The translations under genes and the position numbers were made by a program. Shown here one piece after another: positions 13,397-27,380 of a stretch of 64,000 nucleotides of DNA. Location of the stretch: assembly GCA_031835245.2 (NCBI GenBank), contig JAVKOQ020000029.1:248001-312000 (forward strand), given 5' to 3'. The stretch's first letter is position 1. The number at the start of each line of letters is the position of its first letter. This DNA is from Balamuthia mandrillaris. Lineage: Eukaryota. The notes under the pieces are model-generated. The model was given only the letters and a program-made list of their open reading frames with translations, was not told the DNA's origin and made no database searches.

Positions 13397-14044
13397 CTGT
13401 TTTTCTTTATAACAAGGGAGTGCGGCAAAACTTTCTCTTTCTTTTTTACCCCCTCAAATGGAGCGCTCGCTCAAATAAAGTGCAGTGGATTGTCGTATGT
13501 ATGTAATTGAATCCAACATTTGGCTGAGCCCTTTTCGTTGATGCAAAGAACGGCAAAAGGGTGAGCAACTCCACAATCAAATCTTACAAAACAAAATGAA
13601 AGGAAAAATTTTATCATCACGTACCACTGAGCTCACCTAACACAAAAAGCTTTAAAAGAAAGAGTGCCCGAGAGAGAGAAAAAAATGCAAGCGGTAGTCG
13701 TAGGTGGCCTCTTGCTGTTGTTTTTATTTTGGGGTTTTAGAAGAAGAAGCCACATTTTTTCTTCCTTCTTTTTTTGGGGTTTCGATTTATTGTCGACAAT
13801 AACCAAAAAATCCGGCCAAAATGGCGCAAAACACCAAGTTATACCAGAACCAGAAAGGTGGTAAAAAATGGCTGGTGATGCCATTGATAGCCACTTTGCG
13901 CCACCCATAAGGACAAAAAAAAAAAAGAAAGAAAAGAAAGGAGAGAGAGCAGAAGGAGAGGAGAGGAGGAAAAGAACCAAAGGCAGAAGCCACCACACAA
14001 CCGGGGGGAGAGGAGGAAGAACCAAGCCAAAAAAAAAAAAAAAA

Positions 14045-15269
14045 ATGGGAGACACACCAGAGGAAGAGCAGATGATGGAGCTGGAGGCTTTGGAAGCTAT
14101 CTACCCGGAAGAGTTTAAAAGTAGAGTCTGATTGTATTTTTTTTTTCGCCCTCTCTCCTTTTAACGTTTCTCAATCTCTTCTATTCTTTTTTTAAAAAAT
14201 AGAGCTTGGAGACTCTCCCCATCGCTTCGAAATTACTCTAGTCCCAAACCTTAGTGGCACCAACAACCATGGTTAGTTAGCAACTCAATGCACAATAGAA
14301 AACCCTGTTTGATGAAGGCACCTCGCTCCATTGTTGCTTACCTCTCTTTGTTTCGCACGTTTTTTAAACCACATCAACAGTGTCGATAGCGTTGACATTC
14401 ACTTACACTCCAACGTATCCGCAAGAAGTGCCGCTGTTGGAGATAAAACCGCTCGAAGGAGTCAACGAAGAGGACTGTGAGCAGCTCAAGCAACAACTCC
14501 AAACGGAGGTATGCACAACTTCCTTCGTCTTTCATCTCTTCGCTGCTCTTATTTTCTTACTTTCATGATTGTCTCTATGCGGGAATAGGCAGAAGCAAAC
14601 GTGGGAATGGCTATGGTTCTACTCCTCGCTCAAAACGCAAAGGTTCGTCGTATGTCTGTGGTCTTTTTTTTTCTTTCTTCTATCTTGTTGTTTGTCTGCG
14701 TTCTTTCTTGCTTTCCTTGGTATCCCTTTCTCATCTCTTTGCTTTTGTTCAATTTACAAAAAAGGATTGGTTGGATGAGTTGAACGACAAACAATTGCAG
14801 CGGCTCAAAGATAAAGAGAAGGAGGAAGAGAGAAAGAAGAAAGAAAAAGAAATAATCACCCTAACCGACCTGGAGGTATCTACCTCATTCGTTTTCCACA
14901 AACTTTTGCTCCTTCATTCAGGCTCTAACTTCTTCTCAACAAAAACGATAACAGGCAGAACCAGTGAAGATAATAGGTACACCGGTAACGCCAGAGACAT
15001 TTTTTGCGTGGAGAGATAAGTTTGAGGCCGAGATGAGAGAACAACAAAAGAAACAAAGAATGGGCGCGCTATCGGGACAAACCGGACTGCAACTCTTTCA
15101 AATGGCAGATCCCTCCACAGAAGAGATCAAACAAATGTTGGAAGGAGCGGAGGACGACGAAGGAGCGGACCTTGCTGTTGCTGTTGAGAAGGAGCTATTT
15201 ATTGCAGGAGACGACATTCCTGAATTTTCTGACGATGAGGAAGAGGAGGAAGAAGAGGAAGAGGACTAA
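14045..15269 (+). CDS. RWDD1: RWD domain protein (RWDD1/Gir2-like, DRG partner)
   Basis: EEQMMELEALEAIYPEE, YTPTYPQEVP, GMAMV, GTPVTPETFFAWRDKFEAEM and an acidic tail. Confidence 0.9.
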
Positions 15270-15531
15270 AAGGCTTTGCCTTTATTTCCAAAATAAAGCA
15301 GCAGAACCTCCTCAGCTCTTCTCCGCTTTCCTTCTCTCTGGAATATCCCTACGATGTTGCGCACCCCTTTCTGCACGCACGGCATGTATTATGATATGAG
15401 ACAAGGAGAAGATAGCCCGATAAGGTGAAGAGTCGTTTCGGCGATGACGAACCGCTTATCACACTTGTGGCGAAACCACCTTGGAGTATTCTGGTTGAAG
15501 AAGGAGAGGGCGAACACTAGGCTTGTGAAGA

Positions 15532-16584
15532 GATGGAGAGCTCGCAGAGGCAGGAATGGAAGATGCAAGCTCTTGAAGCGCGCAAGGTTGTGCATCAATA
15601 CACTGAAGAAGAATGGGCTACCGTGTCCTCCGTGGTACGTTTGTCTCAACGTCTCCGTTTGTTTCAACATATGGTATTTCTTTGAAGGCGCTGCTGATTC
15701 TGCCAAAGCATGGTATCACCCTAAGTTGCAAGAGCCCTCCTGGAAAACCAAAGATCTGGAAGACCAGCATGGAAATGCCTTACTCTCCAGTTGTTCTCTT
15801 CGAACACTTTGGCCTCGCTGGTCGTTCCAAATGGTGCCCTCAGTATGTTCTCGTTCTAACTCTCCTGTTTTCGCTTTGGTATAACGCACTCTTTCAAAAG
15901 GTTTCATAGCGAGTTGGTGGAGACCATAGAGGAGGAACGGACAGAGACTACATGGAATGGTTGCACAATTCAGTACAACACCAGCCCCCCTTATGCTGCT
16001 GGTGTCATCTCGGCTCGGGACTATGTTGACGTTCTTTGCTGGCAACTGCTTGAGGACGGCTCCATGCTGCAAGGTGCCATTAGCATCACGCACCCTGAAC
16101 GTCCACCTCGTCAGGTATCATTTTTCTCCAACGTGTTCCTATCTTTGTCTCCTGCTTCTTCTACTACTTCAACTTCTTGTCCTTCTTCTTCATTCTTCTT
16201 TCTTCTTTCTTATTTCTTCTTCTTGTTTTCCCTCTTCATCTTCTTGTTCTAATGATGAGATAACAGGGTTTTGTGAGAGCGTTCAATCACCCTTGTGGAG
16301 TCCTGATAAAACCAATACCCGACACAAACAAAAGCATCATGCACTACATAGTCCAGACTGGTACCTCTCGTTCTCTTTCCCGCTTTCTTTTTTTCTCTTC
16401 CCCATTCTCTCATCTTATTCTCCTCCTCACCATTCAAACAGATTTGAAAGGGTGGTTGCCACAAAGGGTGGTGGATGGGGCATCATCCACTGCTTTCATC
16501 GATATGATGCGTAGCTTTGCAGACTACATGCACAGGACCTTTCCGCCCGCCTCGCCACAGAAAAACAACCACAACAATGAGTAA
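15532..16584 (+). CDS. START lipid-binding domain protein, multi-exon
   Basis: AGVISARDYVDV, HPERPP...VRAFNHPCG, QTDLKGWLPQRVVD. Confidence 0.88.
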
Positions 16585-16664
16585 AACGTTCTTCCTCTCT
16601 TTCCACAAAGTAAATAATAAACAAAGCCTCGCCATGGCTGCTCTTGCTCCATCGTTGTGTTTGC

Positions 16665-17126
16665 TCATTCTTTGGTGAGCTTGAGGCAGATAGAGTTGAC
16701 ACAGTGGCGCTCATCGGTGGGCGTAGAGTAGCCCTCTCCACGGAAGACGTGGCCCAAGTGGCCACCACAGTTCTTGCAGGTGATCTCGATCCTCTTCATG
16801 CCAAAGGACTCGTCCACATGCTCCTCGATGGCTCCAGGGATGCCCTCAAAGAAAGCAGGCCAGCCACAACCAGAGTCGAACTTGGTCTTGGAGCTAAAGG
16901 CGAGAGAGAGTGTGTGTGTGAGAGAGAGAAAGAAATGTTTGTTTATACAAAAAAAAAGACCGTACGTGTAGAGAGGAGCGTCACAACCAACGCAACGGTA
17001 GATGCCGTCGTCAACGGTCTTGTTGTATTGACCGGTGCCGGCCCTCTCTGTTCCTTTTTGTCTCAACACGCGAAACTGCTCTGGGGTAAGCTTAACCCTC
17101 CACTCCTCCTCCGAGATGTTGCTCAT
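16665..17126 (-). CDS. msrB: Peptide methionine-R-sulfoxide reductase MsrB (Cys form), one in-frame intron
   Basis: LTPEQFRVLRQKGTE, CVGC, KFDSGCGWPAF, CKNCGGHLGHVF, ERHCVNS. Confidence 0.97.
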   Translation of the reverse strand: MSNISEEEWRVKLTPEQFRVLRQKGTERAGTGQYNKTVDDGIYRCVGCDAPLYTYGLFFCINKHFFLSLTHTLSLAFSSKTKFDSGCGWPAFFEGIPGAIEEHVDESFGMKRIEITCKNCGGHLGHVFRGEGYSTPTDERHCVNSICLKLTKE

Positions 17127-17409
17127 TGTGTGCGTGCTTGTTGGTGTTGGTTCGTTATGTTTCTTGCGATGGGTGGGGTTAGCAGTTTGTTCTCTTCCCT
17201 TGTCCTTAGATCCTTACTCCTTACTCTCTGCCTGGCCGATGACGTTAGTCGGGCAATTTCCAGTAATCACGTCAACATTGCCTTTATTAAGCTATGGTGA
17301 CGTAATTTATCCCTGATGTACCCTTTCATCCGCCTCGAAATTTTTCTGGGAAAATGAAAATTTAATGCGTCGACACAAACCAAAGTTTGTGACAAGAAAG
17401 GAACAACAC

Positions 17410-19176
17410 ATGCAGCAAGAAGCCAGAGAAGACCTTTTGGCTTCTTTGGAAGCCATGGGCTTTGACCCGGAGCTCTCCAGGCATGCCTTGGTAGAAACTC
17501 GTAACAGGTCGCTCGATGCGGCGTTGGACTACCTGTACAAAGCCACCACTACCACCAGCAGCGAACCAACAACAACAAGCGCGCAGCCGACCAAAAATAA
17601 CAATAGCAGCGATGAAGCCGGCAGCTCCATCCCTGAGAATGCCACCTCTTTGGCTGACTTTGGGTATGGCTACAATGAACAAGGACAGCTACGACACTTG
17701 GAAACAGGTTTCAACCACTCTCCCTCCTTTCAACCTCTGTTTTTTTTCAGCGTACTGAAAGCAGGAAACAAAAATATCTATGTATGCAGGTGAACCTTTC
17801 AAATTTATCAACCAGAAGCATTATGAGGCAATGGGAGAAATGATCGTTCGTGACTCACTTTTTTCTTTGTCGTTTTCTTTGTCGTTTTCTTTGTCGTTTT
17901 CTTTTCTTTTCTTTGTCGTTTTCTTTGTCGTTTTCTTTTCTTTTCTTTTCTTTTCTTTTCTTTTCTTTTCTTTTCTTTTCTTTTCTTTTCTTTTCTTTTC
18001 TTTTCTTTTCTTTTCTTTTCTTTTCTTTTCTTTTCTTTTCGTTCTGTGCTTGACGGAAGGAAGTATTGATATCAATAATCTTTCTTTTCTTCTCAACCCG
18101 ATGAAGGTTCGTCACATTCAAGAACGGCTTATAAAAGACCACGGTATGGAAGAGATCATAGTGCCTATCCATGAGGTCTCCTACGAGATGCCCAGAAGCT
18201 CCATCTTTGTTTCCAAAGGCGCGTTGAGCAGCACCTCACCGGTGGTCATTCTTGTTCATGGCTCTGGCAACGTTCGGTGCGTTTGATTTTATGTTCTCTC
18301 AATAGAAGACTCACAACGTCGTATGTGGAAAAAAATAGAGCAGGACAATGGGCAAGAAAGCCATGTTTCAACGATGATTTAAGCATCGGTTCGGTGCTGC
18401 CCTACGTGGAGCGAGCACACGCCAAAGGAATGAACGTGGTCGTCCTCAATCCAAACTTAAATCATGGAATGGTAAACGGAAGAAAGGTCGATATAGAGGG
18501 CAATTCCTCTCCTGAAGCTCATCTGCTCTACGTTTGGTATTTATTCACTTCTTTTTTTCTTCATTCTTTCTTTCTGGATGTGTTGGTTATTGACAAGAGA
18601 TTTGAACAAACAACAACAAAAGGGATAAGTTTATCTCCTCTGCACCAGCTGAACATCTTTTCTTTGTATCTCATTCATATGGCGGTATTGCCACCATCAA
18701 TCTCATTGAACATCGAGGTAACGCTCCAAATGGCTTCTTTGTTGTCTTTTCCTTTTGCCATTCAAACGGTCTTCGCTCTTTCTCATCATTTCATTCTAAA
18801 ACAGATGCTCGTTTGTTGAAAAGATTACGAGCATTGGCTTTGACAGGTACTTCCCTTCCTCTCTTTTTCTCCTGTTCTTGTGTTCTCTGTTATTCTACTT
18901 CTACTCTTTCTAACAATTCATTCCATACAAACAGACTCTATGCACTTTTTCTCTCACAGGGGATTGTCGAGACGAGCGCTCGAATGGTTGGCCACTAATT
19001 GTATAGATTGGGTGACAAGCGAGCTGCCTTTGGACACGGCCGTCAACAACGGGGCTGACTGCTACTGCTGCAGCGCCGGCACCCTCAAGCACGAACACAC
19101 CAGCGGCACCGCTGTCGACTCTGTCTTTAACTTTTTCGATGCCCGTTTGGAGATCGCCATGTCCCAACAGCACTAA
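17410..19176 (+). CDS. UBA domain fused to a FAM172A/Arb2-like alpha/beta hydrolase domain
   Basis: N-terminal LEAMGFDPELSRHAL...DAALDYL (UBA). Then ADFGYGYNEQGQLR, HYEAMG, VHGSGNVRAGQWAR, VLNPN, SHSYGG, ALTDS and SAGTLKHEHTS (Arb2/FAM172). Confidence 0.88.
17864..18040 (+). repeat. Intronic (TTTGTCGTTTTC)n grading into (TTTTC)n
   Basis: Direct reading; roughly 20 TTTTC units. Confidence 0.95.
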
Positions 19177-19413
19177 AAAAAAACCATTCCTTCTTTCTTT
19201 TGTTTCCCCCATGTGCCCTCGTTCTTCTCTTCTTTCTCTCTTCTCTCTTCTTTCTTCTTTCTCTCTCTCTCTCTCTCTCTCTCTGCTGTCTCTTCTTTCT
19301 CTCCTTCCCCTCTTTGTCGTAGACGGTAATTATTGATTGTCGACTCGTTACTTATATTGGCCCACCGCACGCTTTTGTCGGGTGGCAAAACAAAACAACG
19401 AGAGCAACGAGTG

Positions 19414-21012
19414 ATGATGGAGGCCAAACCCTTTCTGAGCTTCCGTTCCCCAGCGGAACTGATCAAAGATGAGCCGACCTACCTCGCGCTCGAGCTGGTA
19501 CTCTACACCATGTGTGCCTTCACGTTCGCGCACGCCTGGCGTCAGCGCAAGACCTCGCCTCACCTCTTGTTGGCGTGGGTCTCCACCATCGGCCACGGCT
19601 TCACCACCGAGCTGGTGAGCTACTTCCTTCCCGACATTGACAACTTTTGGCACGGCCACTCCATGATCTCCCTCTTTCGCACGCGCTTCCCATTGCACAT
19701 TGTCTGCTTCTATCCTTGCGTGATCTACGTGGCCTACGCCGCGGCCGAGAGGCTCAACTTTCGCTGGTGGGCCGTTCCGTTTGCGGTGGGCCTGTTGGAC
19801 GTGATCATTGACGTGCCGTTTGATATTTTGGGCATCAAGTTCTTGTGGTGGACCTGGCACGACACCGACCCCAATGTATTTGATCGCCATTACTATGTGC
19901 CTTGGACCAGGTTTTTTTGTTGTTGCTCTTTTTTCCTTCGTGCTTTCTTTCCTGTCCTTCCTTCCTTCTTCTAAGCTTTCTCTCCATCAAAAAAAAAGTT
20001 ATATATTCCACATGACTTTCGCCTGCAGCTTCACTTTTCTCTTCAACGCGAACAGCAAGGCCATAAAGAACGGCAAAAAGGACGCCTCCTTCTTCTCTCG
20101 CTACCTGCGCCCCGTGCTGGTTACCGGCGTGTTCACGTTCCCCATGGGCGTCTCTCAGTTCCTTCCGTTCTACCACCTCCTTCATGATGGCCTCTCCCTC
20201 CACACCGAAGTCTGCTTCTTTGTGCTCTTCCTGGTGTATGCCCTCATCGTTTGGACTGAAGACAGGAGAGCCGCTGCTCTCTCCAACGGCCAACCAAAGA
20301 AGAACAACAAAAAATACAGCAAGAAAGCACCAAAGCAATGGTACAAGAAGAAAGAGCTATGGTGGGCTCTTCTTGTGCATTACACGTTCTACATGGTGTT
20401 GGTTCTTGTGGCGGACCCCTCTCAAGTTCGAGCCACGGGTTTGCATCAGGGCATGACCCGCAGCTTGACCAAGTGCGAGAGCAGCAAGGACGACGTCTTC
20501 ACCGCGTTTGGACAGCATCTCTACCGTAATACCTACCTCTGTTTGGACCATTATGATGAGGATGTATCGTTGCGATGCCCACAGTCTGCTGGTAGCGAGG
20601 CTCACAACATCTCTGATTGGCCTCAGTGGGACGACAATGGTTTTTTTAAATCCTTCCCTTCACTCTTGCTTCTATTCTCTAGTCGTTCTCTCTTATGTCT
20701 TCCCCTTTTCTTCTCTTCTGTTGCTCGACCTTCATCTCCTTCTTTCGCTTTCTACATTCGTGCTCAGCTTTTCTTTCTGTTTTCTTTTTTTTTTTTTCGT
20801 TTGTTGACACTCTGTTGTCTTCTTTAAAAACCGCTACAGATGAACACATCTACAGATGGTACACTCTTTGCGGAACGGCTTACTCCAACTGGGCCGAATA
20901 CACGGTCATCATTTGGGCCTTTTGCATACTTGGCTTGGTCCTCTACTCCAACATTCTGCTTCGTCCTCGTCGTCGCTCCACCCCGCAAACCAAGCACAAC
21001 AAAGCAGAGTAG
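19414..21012 (+). CDS. Multi-pass membrane protein of unknown function
   Basis: Hydrophobic exons with SYFLPDIDNFWH, DVPFDILGIKFLWWTWHDTDPN, TGLHQ and YLCLDHYDE; GC3-rich coding style. Confidence 0.8.
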
Positions 21013-21186
21013 AAACAAAGCTTGCATTCTCCTTTTCTCCATGTTAAAAGTAAGAATCCTATAAAGCAATGTTAAAAATAAAATATAAAAAAAAGATGGC
21101 AACATTCTTCTCATTTTTTGCATTCCAAATGGTTATAACATTCTTATCATTTTTTGAATTCCACAAGCAAACGCAAAACAAAAAAG

Positions 21187-23480
21187 ATGTGGTCGTGTAT
21201 GGGGCTGAGAAGCGGAGGGGAGCGGTTTTGCAGGAGGGCGGTCTTGGGGACGACGCGTCGCAAGGGCACTCGCTGGAGTGAGCCTTTCACGATTCTCTCT
21301 TCTCGCTACTACTCTTTTGCTCCAGCATCGTCCGCGGATTTTAATGACACTGAGGCAGCACAACAGCCACAACCACAAGAACAACAACCGCCAACCACAG
21401 AACCTCAACGGGTGTTGTACGTTGGCTCCGTGTGGCCGGAGGAAGAGAGCTCGGCGGCGGGTGTTCGGACGTGGCAACTGCTTCGTACGATGCAGGCCAA
21501 AGGCTGGCACGTTCATTTCGTCTCGGCTTGCAAGGAAAACAAGTTTATGCACTTGTTGCCTGGTTCGTTCACTTTGTTCCCTCTTTTTGTCGTACACAAG
21601 AATAAGAGTGCTCATCGTTCACCTCATCAATTTGTTTTTTTTTTTTTTGAAGAGAAGGGAATAGAAGCAAGCAGAATATCGGCGAGTGATGACTCTTTGG
21701 ACACCTTGTTGGGCAACGTAATGCCACACTTTGTACTCTTTGATAGGTTTTTGATGGTACCAGACTGCTTCTCTCTCTCTCTCGCTCTCTTTCTGTTTTG
21801 TTTGTTTCTCTCTCTTTCTCTCTCTTGTGATGACTTTAACGTTGATACGATTTCTTATTACCTCCATCCACGTTGTAGGAAGAGCAGGTTTTCTTCGTTT
21901 CTGTCTTTCTTCTTTTTTCTTTCTTCTTTCCTCTTTCTTCTTTCTTCTTACCAATGGGAGTGATAGTATGGTTGGCGAGTGAAAAGCAAATGGCCAGATG
22001 CCACACGAGTTATTGATATGCAGGACTGTCATTTCCTTCGCACCCTACGACAAAATGCTTTAGCGGATGGTCTTCTTCTTTTCACTTCTTTTTCCTTCCT
22101 TTATAACATTCTTCTTTGTCTTGTGCTTATTTACAGGGAAGAGTATTGCTGAGATAAAGGACCTGCGCCCAAGCCTTGATGATGATGCTGTTCTAAGAGA
22201 GATATCTTCTATCCACCGCTCTGATCTCACCTTTGTCATATCCAGCTTTGAACATAAAATGCTTCGAGATAGCCTCCATGTTCCTTTCCACAAGGTGCAT
22301 TTTAAGAACTTCCTTTGTTCTTCTTTTGTTCTTTCATTCTTTCTTTCCTTCTTTTTCTTATCGGTGTAGCGAAATTATTTTTCTTATTTTTTGTTGTCTC
22401 GTTACAGCTGAGTATGTTGCCGTTTTGCTTCAACAAATCAGAGAGGGAGACAAAGGATGCAAGAAGGAACTTTCGGTATCGCCACCATTTTGTGATGCTG
22501 GGCAACTTTCGTCACGCGCCCAACCATGATTCCGTCCACTGGACCAAACGGGAGGTTTGGCCATTGATCCGTCGTGTCTTGCCCCAGGCGGAGCTGCACG
22601 TCTACGGCTCTTATCCTGACAAGGACTCTATGCTGGCCTCTGATCCTGAGGCAGGCTTCTTGGTGAAGGGGCCCATTCCTGCTCAACATCTTCGTTCTAA
22701 ACTTTCTCACTATCGTATCAATCTTGCTCCTTTACGGTTAGTTTCTCTCTTCTGCCTTTTAAAGAGTTGCGCGCTTGAGCATTTGTTTACACAGGTTTGG
22801 AGCTGGTATCAAAGGTAAGATTGCAGATGGATGGATATCAGGCACGCCATGCGTCACCACTCCCATCGGTTTGTTTGTTCTTTTATCCCTTTCACTTTCA
22901 AAATAAGCGAATGAACTCACGTTCTCTTTACGCGAACCTTTTTTTTTTTTGAAAGGTGCGGAGGGAATTTTTTGGAAAGGTGCGGAGGGAATGACGGCAA
23001 CACCCTCTTCTTCGGAGAAATGGGGAGGTTGTTATACAGCCACAACAGCAGAAGAGCTAGCAGAAACGGCAGTGGAGATATATAGCAACGAACACAAGTG
23101 GCAGCAGAGCCAACTCAATGGATTCCGATTATTGGAGCGGTTGTTCGATGGGCAGAAGAACGGGGCTAGAATGATTGATAACATGTTAGCAACGAGGCAG
23201 CAGCAAAACGAACAAAGGGCTAGAGATTGCATTCAGGCCATGTTGTGGTACAACAACAACAGAGCCACTGAGGTTAGTTTTTCTGCCAAGAGAAGAGACA
23301 AGAGGACAGAAAAGCGAGAGAATAAGAAACGAGAGAAGAGAACAGGAGAAGAGAAGAAAGTTTTCTGTACATGGGCTAACCATTTGTTGCTTTGGTTCTT
23401 TTGTTCGGTTGTTACAACAAAAAAAGTACTTTTCTCGGTGGGTCCAATTGAAGGAAGAGCACAGAAAACAACAAACATAA
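21187..23480 (+). CDS. Bacterial-type glycosyltransferase (GT-B/GT4-like) with a probable N-terminal targeting peptide
   Basis: VWPEEESSAAGVR, VLFDRFLM, DMQDCHFLR, GNFRHAPNHDSV, LAPLRFGAGIKGKIADGW...PCVTTPIGAEG, ending YFSRWVQLKE. Confidence 0.85.
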
Positions 23481-23604
23481 CCAACGCCATAAAGCCATCC
23501 TCAGCAACCACCCTCATGCGTTGGCCCTTTTTTCCTTTCTCTTGTTCGTGTTCAAAAGGCAAAAAGCGTGCAATGCATGAACTACAGAGCATATCTTCTC
23601 TTCA

Positions 23605-24441
23605 TCAGTAAAGCTTGAACGAGCCAGTCACTTGGTCGACTTTGCTTTGAGGGCCTGTGTGGACAAGAAGGAAGGAAAAAAAAAGGATCAACAAAGGAAA
23701 GAAGAGAGAAAGAGGGAAAGAAAACCGGGCAACGTTACCTGGCCCTACAGCAATGACCGTCAAACTGCCGCTCTCCACTTGGGTCCTTCCCGCATCCGCC
23801 ACGATATGATACGGCACCCCAGCCTTTGATGCTGCCCTTTGGACTTCCATTCTGTCGGTAAACCAGCAACATAAACAGTTAACAAAGAAAGAAAGAAGAG
23901 AAAGAAGAGAGAAAAGTTACAAAGTGGCTTCATCGGGGATTTTAACGGCGATCTTAGGGGAGCCAAACAAGGCCCACCGCTTCACCGCCTCCACGCTCTG
24001 TTTCTTGGCGGACTTGTAGGCGCCGACGGCGGCATGGCCGCACTGAGCCGCCACTTTGCCGGCCTGCATCTTCAAGTCGCTGCGAACGCAGAGCACCATC
24101 TTGTAGCGCTCCCCGCTGTAGTCATCGGCTCCTTCTTCATCGCTGTCAGAGTCGTCATCATAGTCCTCATCTTCCTCGTCCTCGTCCTCGTCCTCGTCTT
24201 CAGCTTCGTCTTCCTCATCGTCGGGTGCTTGCTTTTCTGCTTTTGCGACTCGTGCTTCTTCTGTGGCTGCCCGTTTTTGTAGTTGTGGTTGCGTGGCGGC
24301 TTGTGGCTCTTCTTCTGAGGTCTTGTTGTGGATCCTCCGTTCGGTGAGCAGCAAGTAACAAGCGATGCCACCGGTAATAAAAGACAGCACGCAACACCCA
24401 AGAAGGGGCAACGTGTTGGGTTCCATCATCATCAGCAGCAT
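23605..24441 (-). CDS. PTH2: Peptidyl-tRNA hydrolase 2 (PTH2/Bit1) with N-terminal transmembrane anchor
   Basis: [59 protein letters not shown]. Confidence 0.96.
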
Positions 24442-24713
24442 CAGAATTTACAAACTAAGGTTCTCGGTGTGGTTTTTGTGTGTTTGTGTTGCGTTCCTCT
24501 TTCCCGTTTTTTCTTTCTTACTTTTTTCCCTGGAATGATCGGAATGTGCCCTATGTGAAATTTCCATTGCTGCGAGGGTTCTTTCGCAAAATAGTCCAAC
24601 TCCTCAAGCGGTGTTTATTCGTCGTATCCGCCATCCTACCCCCACACTTTAGTCCAAAGTCACAAGTTCAAGCAGTTGCTCAAGCCGCAGACGTTGCCAG
24701 TCCTTTCATCGCA

Positions 24714-25593
<880 letters not shown>

Positions 25594-25845
25594 GCCTTGT
25601 GCGCTGCTTTTCACACCGTACCTCTTTGTTTGACTTGAGCAACGTAAAAAATAAAAAAACAAAAAACAAAAACCTTTGAACTTTTGCATCCTCTTCTTGC
25701 CCCTCTCTTCTGCTTCCTCTTGTCTCCCGAGGCACTCTCTTGCTACCTTTGTTTGGGTCTCCAAATGAGTGGCGCAAGAGCACATGTTGACCAGCCAAAT
25801 AATTAGCAAAAAAAAGAGAAGCAGAAAAGCCGAAACACAAGAGAG

Positions 25846-26660
25846 ATGGCAGAGGTATGCGCTATGCTCTTTTTTTTTTTGTAGAGCCAACATCTGTAGT
25901 GGGGGCATTGCGTAAAGTGTTGTGTTTTTGCTAACGGTTGTTGATAAGCAGCAAGGACGGTTATTGACGGTAGAAGAAGTGCAACAGATTTTGAAGGAGG
26001 TATGTTGCGATTTGTGTTGGCTCTGCCCTCAAACTCACGGTATCCTCACCTCGTAGGCTACGGAGGAGACGCTAATCGGCCAAACATATCACCATACATC
26101 GGTCTCTCAATGGACCAAAGAGATAATGGACACATGCATACGAAATCTGACGGCCCTCAAGAAACCGTATAAATACATCGGTTCGTGTCTTCTTTTGTAT
26201 TATTGTTTCTTTCACTTTTTGTTTCTTTTGCATTTTGTGCTTCTACTTCCTCTTCCTCGCTCTCCTCGCTTTCTTACACATTTTCCCTTGTCGTACCTCT
26301 GTTTGGTCTTTCTTCTTCGCTTTTGTTGTCCTCTCTGCTCTCATCTCACTCTTCTTGTTCCTCTCTCTTACGTCTCTCTCTCTCTCTTGCCCATTCACGC
26401 TGCTACTGTGCAGTGAGTTGCACGATATTACAAAAGAAGGGGACCGGTTTCCACTCAGCAAGTTCATGCTATTGGGATAGTTCTACAGATGGTACCGTCA
26501 ACCCACCTCTCCTTCCAGACTGCTTCCTCGCGCTAAACCCCTCTATTTATTTTTCTTTTCTGTGTTGTGTTGAAAAACAGCAAGCCATTCGTATCGGTTC
26601 GAGAACAAGACGCTGCATTGCATGACCACTGTATTTGCTGTTGGTGTACCTTTTGAATGA
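25846..26660 (+). CDS. DYNLT1: Dynein light chain Tctex-1 family
   Basis: Spliced segments [60 protein letters not shown]. Confidence 0.93.
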
Positions 26661-26708
26661 ATGAAGGAACTAAACTGTTTTTAATATCAAAAAAAAAAAA
26701 AGGAAAGA

Positions 26709-26744
<36 letters not shown>

Positions 26745-27380
26745 TTGTCGTTTCTTTCGTTCGCTCGTCTATCTTTGTGTTTGACCGCTTCAACTCAAAG
26801 AAAAAGGAAAAGCTCGTTGTCCCACTCGCCCCATCTTATCGACAAACAACTCAGAGAGACAACCATGCCCGCGGCCTTGCCCCTTTTCGCTTTCTCTCCA
26901 CAGGAAAAATTTCTGTCGACACTCGATCGGGCTTCCGATTGGAACACGTCACACTGCCAGACTGAAAAGGAAAATATGGCTTGATTCGGACCGCACCTCT
27001 TCGAAGAACATAACACAACTTCGCGCCTTTTTGCCATAGCAACTTCGTAACAACCAATGGATGCGAGCTGGAGTGACGTGAGCAGCAGATATCTTTCCTA
27101 AATATGAAGTCGGCGGTTCGGGTAAGTCTTTGCATCTTGAAAAAAATTTTCTGTTCTTCCATTTTCATTCTTTTTTGTTTGTACTCGTGTGCCTACCACA
27201 CTTGCCCTCTGTCTTCGTCTTCGTCCCTTCTGTTCCTCTATAGTATTGGCGTATTTCTTCTTGCCATACTTTTTTTCATTTGTTTTTCTTCCTTTTTATT
27301 TTTTTAACTTAATCTCTTCGTATTTGGTGTCTGGCGTCTATACACCTTCTTGTCTATATCCCTCTCTTTTATAATTATAC

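Noticed and set aside
17780..18172. ORFs with FFSFL or KEKKR repeats, and similar SLSLSL or ERERER ORFs elsewhere
   Set aside because: They are translations of intronic or intergenic microsatellites.
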